Shown: one piece after another, positions 52,818-58,472 of the stretch
How positions within the stretch are numbered: the stretch's first letter is position 1
Layout of the letters: each line of letters starts with the position of its first letter
NCBI GenBank assembly: GCA_963662665.2
Contig: CAXXJS010000014.1
Location: 1-58,472, forward strand
DNA length: 58,472 nt
Direction of reading: 5' to 3'
Source of the DNA: Candidatus Latescibacterota bacterium
GTDB taxonomy: Bacteria; Latescibacterota; UBA2968; GCA-2709665
The notes under the pieces: model-generated
What the model was told of the DNA's origin: nothing
What the model saw: the letters and a program-made list of their open reading frames with translations, nothing else
Databases searched by the model: none
Made by a program: the position numbers and the translations under genes

Positions 52818-53176
52818 CCGCAACGGTCGATGTGCTCTAACTCGGGGCCCGTTGTTATCCTGTACTGCGGAACATGGGTGGAATGAGGGGTACTAAGAGT
52901 TGGAAAGGAATCGTCCGGGAGGTCAGAATCATGGAAGAGCCATTTCATTTTCCAATTGACACGTCTCGACGTTGCTACTTGGTCTGCCAAGCGCGCACAG
53001 CACCCCGGATTTCTTGAGTGCCTGTTGTACGCTGCGGTCTTCTGACCGCACAAGGAGCGTCTCATGCCGTTCTGTTCTATACGTAACTCTGTTTAAAGTG
53101 TCCAGTTCTGAACTGGAGGATCTGTCAAAAACACAATCGCCGTGATCCCGAAGGCATCCACAGCAAAGGAATCCAA

Positions 53177-54853
53177 ATGCCTGCAACTTTAGAAGCAAAA
53201 GAACGGAAGCTCATGGATGTCTTCGATGATAGGTACACATTTAATATCCCGCCATATCAGCGTCCCTATGCTTGGACGACGGAACAGACTAGCGAATTAC
53301 TCGACGACCTCTTGTACGCAATTCGCGGGGTCGAATCGGTGGATAAATCTCCACCGTATTTCCTTGGCAGCATCGTTGTTATAAAGAAAAAGGAATCTTC
53401 GGTGGCAGAGGTAGTTGATGGGCAGCAGCGCTTGACGACCCTTACTATATTGCTCTGTGTGTTGCGTGAACTTGCTGAAGATAAACAGACAAAGGATGAA
53501 CTGGATGCATTCGTCTGGCAGAAAGGAAGCAGGATAAAAGGCACCGCGCCCGTCTTTCGCGTTACTCTTCGAGAGCGCGATAGCGATTTTTTCCGAAAAA
53601 ATGTACAGACGCCGGGTAAACTATCGAATTTCGTTGAAAGAGATGTCACGAAATGGGCAGACAGTCAGCAGCGGATATTTGAGAACACGAAGCAGCTTTG
53701 GCAGGAACTCCGAAGTTGTACTCGAGAGGAACGAGACGTTCTCGCGATGTTTATCACTCAACGGTGCTATGTCGTAATTGTTTCGACATCCGACCAGAAT
53801 TCGGCCTACCGTATCTTTTATGTAATGAATGACAGAGGGCTGGACTTGTCCCCAACAGATATCTTGAAGGCTGAGATAATTGGGGCCATGGATGACCGAG
53901 TCCGTTTGAAATACACGGAAGTTTGGGAGGACATCGAGGACGACGTTGGTCGTGACAAATTCAGAGATCTCTTTACGCACATACGGATGATATATGTGAA
54001 GGAAAAGGCACGTGGAGAACTAAGCGAAGAGTTTCGTAATGGTGTATTGAATCACGTGAAGAACGGGGATTTTGTGGACGAAGTACTCACTCTATATGCT
54101 GATGTCTATAAGACAGTAGTTGGAATGGATGAAGAAAGTAGGGCCAATGCCAACGACGTCAACCAATACCTTCAATATCTGGGGCGACTTGACAACTTTG
54201 ATTGGATTCCACCCGCAATGGCATTTTTTAGTAAGGATCCAAGCGAGATTGAAAAACTCCAGTTCGTTCGTGCCCTAGAACGTCTAGCTTATGGGATGTT
54301 TATTCTGCGGCTGAATATCAATAAACGCATAAGTAGATATGCGCGGATTCTTGTGGCCATAGAGGGAGAGGAGGATCTGTACGTGGAATCGGGACCGTTC
54401 GATTTTTCCTCTGTTGAGAGGAAGGAGATACTGCAAATATTGGACGGCCCCGTGTTCTCGCTACCGCGAGTACCCAGACCACTTCTACTTCGGCTCGACA
54501 GCCTACTGGCCGACGTCGGCGCAAGATATGATTACCCGACAATTACTATTGAGCACGTGCTTCCACAAAATCCGGCCATAGATTCTGAATGGGTTACAGT
54601 GTTTCACGATGAAGAGGAACGTGAGCAATGGACACACCGGCTCGGAAATCTGGTCTTGCTGTCTCGGCGGAAGAATTCACAGGCACAAAACTACGAGTTT
54701 GAACGTAAGAAAAGGGACTATTTCCAAACTCGTGTTGCGCCATTCGCCATTACCGTAGAGGTGGTCAATCAATCAAAATGGACACCGGCTGTCATTGAAC
54801 AGCGTCAGAAAATGCTTATTGACTTACTGAGGGTTGAATGGCGTTTGGATTGA
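53177..54853 (+). CDS. DUF262 + DUF1524 protein (GmrSD-type modification-dependent restriction)
   Basis: IPPYQRPYAW, VDGQQRLTT, MNDRGLDLS, IEHVLPQ, LGNLVLL..N. Confidence 0.9.
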   Translation: MPATLEAKERKLMDVFDDRYTFNIPPYQRPYAWTTEQTSELLDDLLYAIRGVESVDKSPPYFLGSIVVIKKKESSVAEVVDGQQRLTTLTILLCVLRELAEDKQTKDELDAFVWQKGSRIKGTAPVFRVTLRERDSDFFRKNVQTPGKLSNFVERDVTKWADSQQRIFENTKQLWQELRSCTREERDVLAMFITQRCYVVIVSTSDQNSAYRIFYVMNDRGLDLSPTDILKAEIIGAMDDRVRLKYTEVWEDIEDDVGRDKFRDLFTHIRMIYVKEKARGELSEEFRNGVLNHVKNGDFVDEVLTLYADVYKTVVGMDEESRANANDVNQYLQYLGRLDNFDWIPPAMAFFSKDPSEIEKLQFVRALERLAYGMFILRLNINKRISRYARILVAIEGEEDLYVESGPFDFSSVERKEILQILDGPVFSLPRVPRPLLLRLDSLLADVGARYDYPTITIEHVLPQNPAIDSEWVTVFHDEEEREQWTHRLGNLVLLSRRKNSQAQNYEFERKKRDYFQTRVAPFAITVEVVNQSKWTPAVIEQRQKMLIDLLRVEWRLD

Positions 54854-54932
54854 TGCTCTGCCCGCCTTTATTTACCCCTACGTGCCACTATAGAGTGAGA
54901 AAACTTCCCCTCCAGTATTCAATTGACCTTGG

Positions 54933-55265
54933 TTATGGGTTCTGCGATTCCCATTCGGCCAATGCTTCACGGGCATTGTCTGCTGAACTAACAGTCGGAA
55001 GCGATAAGTACTGAGGGGTTTTTCTGATCTCGTTATATATTCTCCTGTGCATCACGAGCTCCCTCAGCGTGCCTGACTCCGGCGAAATCAGGGTTCTGCC
55101 GGCGGTTCCCGTGATAGGTGCCCGACTTTCCCGCCACAGGGTCGGAAAAGATGCGAACAACCGTAAGGCTGTCGTTATCAATGTAGGCGGAGAAAAGCTC
55201 TCTTGCTTCTTGACTGAGCTCATAAAATGTGACCGCGATCTCAATGTCCAACTCGGTGTTGCCAA
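54933..55265 (-). pseudogene. Internal fragment of OLD-family ATP-dependent endonuclease, frameshifted
   Basis: IEIAVTFYEL...LTVVRIF...KSGTYHG...PDFAGVR, continuing YNEIR..YLSLP in a second frame. Confidence 0.5.
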
Positions 55266-55645
55266 AACAAAAGCCAAGCAACAGACCAGTCTCTGCCTTG
55301 AGGGTGGTGGAACATGTAATGCTCAATTCCGGTAGGGCTGTACGAAAGAATTTGAGTAATATCTTCGTTGGGACTTGGTACTTTAATCAACTTCGCGCCA
55401 CCCTCAACATGAGATTTCGGAATGCCAGTATTGTCATCGCCTCTGGCATCCAGTACATACAGATCAAACTCTTCCCCTTTTGAGACCAACCAAAACCTCC
55501 CATTCGGGATATTGCTCTTTACCCAACGACCCTTATTCTCTGAGGCAGCTGGCCAAGGGTGAAAATAACCCCACCCGTTAGAACTCCCACATTCTATTAT
55601 TGCAAATCCCTTTTCTTCTGCAATCACCGATCCTGCCAGAAACAA
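55241..55645 (-). CDS. Hypothetical protein fragment
   Basis: Protein-like composition; ends fused to neighbouring fragment. Confidence 0.35.
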   Translation of the reverse strand: MFLAGSVIAEEKGFAIIECGSSNGWGYFHPWPAASENKGRWVKSNIPNGRFWLVSKGEEFDLYVLDARGDDNTGIPKSHVEGGAKLIKVPSPNEDITQILSYSPTGIEHYMFHHPQGRDWSVAWLLFWQHRVGH

Positions 55646-55943
55646 GACCCAAATCGGAATTCCGGGTTCCAGCGTGTCGCTCGATGATGAGGACCTCGCG
55701 CAAATTCTGCAGGTTCCTTCCTCGTGAACTCGGTTGGCGTCGTCAGTCCAACCCTACCCGGACAAGGTCGCGTCGTGGAGACGTCAGTAGCATGGACGGA
55801 ATGAATTTATTTATTTTAACATCGCTCAATCCCTTTGAGAATCTGGTCAAGTTTTTTTCTTGGCTGAATTAGGCCGTGACGACTACGACGAGAGTGTCAC
55901 CCAATACGAGGCATCCTGCAGCTTTATAATATGGGCAAGTGTT

Positions 55944-56174
55944 TCAGTTGCCGTTATCGTCGAGGATCTTTGACGCGAATTCTCTAAGCTCTTCTGACTG
56001 GATTGAAAGTTTTATCTCATCCTCCCGCCCTTTGAACGTACCGTGTAATATCAGGCATGTTACACCGGCTTCCCAGAGAATTTCGGCGTATGTTATAGAT
56101 TCAACTTTGAAAGTATCTCCAATATGTACCTGTAATTCACTGTCGGATTCCTTGATACGGATCTTTTTTCGCAT
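55944..56174 (-). CDS. Small hypothetical protein
   Basis: GGAGG RBS + ATG; 76 aa. Confidence 0.6.
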   Translation of the reverse strand: MRKKIRIKESDSELQVHIGDTFKVESITYAEILWEAGVTCLILHGTFKGREDEIKLSIQSEELREFASKILDDNGN

Positions 56175-56349
56175 TTTTAATCCTCCGAAGTTGAGTCGAC
56201 AAAGGGGTAAACGAAACTATCGGACCCTTTTAATAGGTGAGGTGGATTGATCTATTAAAAGAGACGTGCATCGAATGAAATAAGTCGGCATTAGTGCCGG
56301 AGGGAGCCGTGCCAATTGGGGAAGATGAACATTGACGCATTCTGTGAAC

Positions 56350-56713
56350 TCAACTCTCCCCCACTCCCGCCAAATCCACCCCAAATTCCGCTCCGATTTC
56401 GCAGACGGTTTCCCACGTCCGGTCGTCCACCTCGATCCCCTCATCGGCCCGGATGCGCGCGGTGCGGAACTCCGGTTCGCCGGGGGCGAGGATTTCATTG
56501 AATCCCGGTGCGAGGCGGCTGGATTTCACGTGGCGCACCAACCCCTCCACCTCGTCGTAGAACGTTTCCATATCCGTGAAGTGTTCAATATCGTACGCAT
56601 TGATCAACACGCCGTTGCTGATCATCTCCCGGTCCCCCGCCGCGCTACCCCTGGCCGCTGAGCGCCCCGCCCAGTAATTCGACCATAATGCTCAATCCAA
56701 ATCCTTTGTGACC
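56350..56713 (-). pseudogene. Ldh_2-family oxidoreductase, 3' fragment copy 2 (frameshifted, cut by IS21 end)
   Basis: GHKGFGLSIM...SNGVLINAYDIEHFTD...ILAPGEPE; homologous to 46489-46855. Confidence 0.85.
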
Positions 56714-56960
56714 TGTTAATGATCGCCAATATGGGACCAATGCGGGATCGGCCTAATCAGGCCACCTGGGATGCGATTGAGGTTACGGACTTTCCGGCAA
56801 CGCATCTGCCTTCTGAGTGTCTCCCCGACAATCAGGAGGGAAGAACATGGCAAACCGGAGGTTTGAGATGTTTCAGTATCGCCAGGTATTGACGCGTATG
56901 CGGTTGGGCGATTCGGATCGTGCGATCACCCGTCAGGGTTGATGGGTCGGCAGAAGGCCT
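56714..56960 (+). mobile_element. IS21-family left end with truncated istA (ATG 56847)
   Basis: TGTTAATGATCGCC end; MANRRFEMFQYRQVLTRMRLGDSDRAI. Confidence 0.8.
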
Positions 56961-57287
56961 GCGCTTGAAGGCAAATATGAAAAGTGGGTTCGTTTGACGA
57001 ATCAGCCTCAGGTATTTCCTCATGCATCGAGAGCACCCCATATTGAAATTTCTTGAATAGTCCCATAGGAGACAGATCAAAATGTGTTTCGTGGTATGTG
57101 ATTGACCTCGGGAATTCACTAATGCTTTTTCATCAATCATCACAATCTATCCTCTCGCCCCTTGACGCAACGTTCAGGATCTACATGTTGATCAGCCATA
57201 AGACGCTCTGTTCCGGAAGCGACTGACTCAGGACCCGGCGCTGGCGTTCACACCTAAATCATGATCCAAGTCCCATCACTAATTTCA

Positions 57288-57327
57288 AAGCCCAGGGTTG
57301 ATGGAACCCCGGGCTTATTTTTTCTTT
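57288..57327. terminator. Intrinsic terminator, possibly bidirectional
   Basis: aagccc-a-gggtt-gatgg-aaccc-c-gggctt then long T tract on + strand. Confidence 0.75.
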
Positions 57328-57335
57328 ATTCTGTT

Positions 57336-57551
57336 TCACGAATAATATCTGTGAGTCGTTTTCGGTATCCCGTGTTTTCGCCGAGGGTTCTTGCAATCCT
57401 CTTTTTCACACATAAACCCCGGGCGGGCCGGCTTGTATGAACAATCACGGCACTTGTGAAATATGTTGGCCGTGAGATCCGAGAAACTGCGATCTATACA
57501 GATAACACGAAGCAGGTAGCGGCAGACGTACCATCTAAATGGAGCAGCCAT
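57336..57551 (-). CDS. Small Cys/His-rich putative zinc-binding protein, paralog A (71 aa)
   Basis: AGGAGG RBS, own promoter, homology to 57932-58168. Confidence 0.85.
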   Translation of the reverse strand: MAAPFRWYVCRYLLRVICIDRSFSDLTANIFHKCRDCSYKPARPGFMCEKEDCKNPRRKHGIPKTTHRYYS

Positions 57552-57575
57552 CTGATGCCTCCTTTGTGTGTTTCT

Positions 57576-57604
57576 ATCTTATGTCATTCCAGAGTAGATG
57601 TCAA
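57576..57604 (-). promoter_or_regulatory. Sigma70 promoter of paralog A
   Basis: TTGACA-17nt-TAAGAT. Confidence 0.75.
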
Positions 57605-57651
57605 GCTGTCTCCTTCCCGGGAAGTTCCTCCACCATTTCTATCTCCTGAGG

Positions 57652-57708
57652 TGTCAACACTGGTTTTGTTTTTGACAAAAGCACCGGTTTGAAATTGGAC
57701 ACAATAGA
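57652..57708 (+). mobile_element. IS21-family end (type B), second copy
   Basis: Near-identical to 45827-45883. Confidence 0.7.
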
Positions 57709-57878
57709 CAGGAAGATTAGTCAAACGGTTTGCAGGCCATGAGGGATGGCTTGAGGCGTCCAGCGTGTTAGCCCGATGATACGACGCTCGCGGAGGTTCC
57801 GCAGGATTCCTTCCCTGCGGCCTCAGTCAGCATGGTCGGGCCTATCCTGCCGGGCAACGGTCAACGCATTATGGACTA

Positions 57879-57907
57879 TTGACTTCCCTAGAACTATTGC
57901 TTAATAT
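57879..57907 (+). promoter_or_regulatory. Sigma70 promoter of paralog B
   Basis: TTGACT-17nt-TAATAT. Confidence 0.7.
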
Positions 57908-57931
57908 TTGATTAGACAAAGGGGGTATCCG

Positions 57932-58168
57932 ATGAATCATCAATTCAAGTGGTGGTGCTGTAGGTATCTGTTGCGGGTCATTTTCGTCCGGGACAATAGA
58001 GCCACAAAGAACAGGCCTAACCCAGCTCTCATTGTCCACCGGTGCAGGGATCTGAAATATCGGCCCGACAGACCTGATATGACCTGCGATAAGGAAGATT
58101 GCGAGAACTGCCGTCGGAAACACGGCCGGCCGCGGACTGTTTTGCATTATTTGACTGAGGGCGCGTAG
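57932..58168 (+). CDS. Small Cys/His-rich putative zinc-binding protein, paralog B (78 aa)
   Basis: AAAGGGGGT RBS, own promoter, homology to 57336-57551. Confidence 0.85.
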   Translation: MNHQFKWWCCRYLLRVIFVRDNRATKNRPNPALIVHRCRDLKYRPDRPDMTCDKEDCENCRRKHGRPRTVLHYLTEGA

Positions 58169-58192
58169 CATCGATTAGCGGAATTAAGAGAT

Positions 58193-58225
58193 AAGCCCAG
58201 GGCGATCGAACCGCTCTGGGCTTTT
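58193..58225 (+). terminator. Intrinsic terminator of paralog B
   Basis: aagcccag-g-gcg-atcgaac-cgc-t-ctgggctt-tt. Confidence 0.75.
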
Positions 58226-58472
58226 GATAATATGCGTGACAATCTGAGAATACATAGGGTGTCCGGATTCTGGAGATCTTCAGGTCAAAGTGGATCAATC
58301 ATCGCGATTATGCCTGCCCTGACTGGGAGGATCCGCGACCGGGGATGATCTTTCTTGAGTCAAGCGCCACAAAGACAACCGGACTCCATACTTGGGAAGG
58401 CCTACGCACCACCCATTTCGCCCGTGAATTCCAGTGACTGTTGTCTCCTACATCGATTCTTGACCTCATCTC

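Overview
Bacterial chromosome window with two parts. 1-39400 is GC-rich core and catabolic sequence: argJ (5' truncated), aminotransferase, accA, comEC, truA, HtrA protease, pssA, tatA, gatA-gatB, dgoD-like enolase, K+ channel, a DUF6785-type membrane protein beside a giant M28-like/FtsX-permease fusion, a speD-speE fusion, aldolases, amidohydrolases and an ATP-cone 2-phosphoglycerate-kinase-like gene. About 39400-58472 is a mosaic accessory region that becomes visibly more AT-rich after ~48 kb. It holds a secreted metzincin-WD40-Ig protein, IS21 and IS1380 remnants, duplicated 3' fragments of host genes, an Rpn remnant and a defence-like cluster (DEDDh-BRCT-HIRAN nuclease, DUF262/DUF1524 GmrSD, OLD-nuclease fragment). 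Gene content resembles Latescibacterota/Poribacteria-like sponge symbionts (inference only). The best novelty candidates are (1) a promoter-driven, ORF-poor ~450-470 nt element between accA and comEC with extensive nested base pairing, a candidate large structured ncRNA matching no class I recognise; (2) a divergent pair of paralogous ~70-80 aa Cys/His proteins, each with its own promoter, RBS and homologous terminator, at the right end; (3) the DUF6785 + degenerate-M28/FtsX membrane system. All calls are by eye; no searches or folding programs were run.
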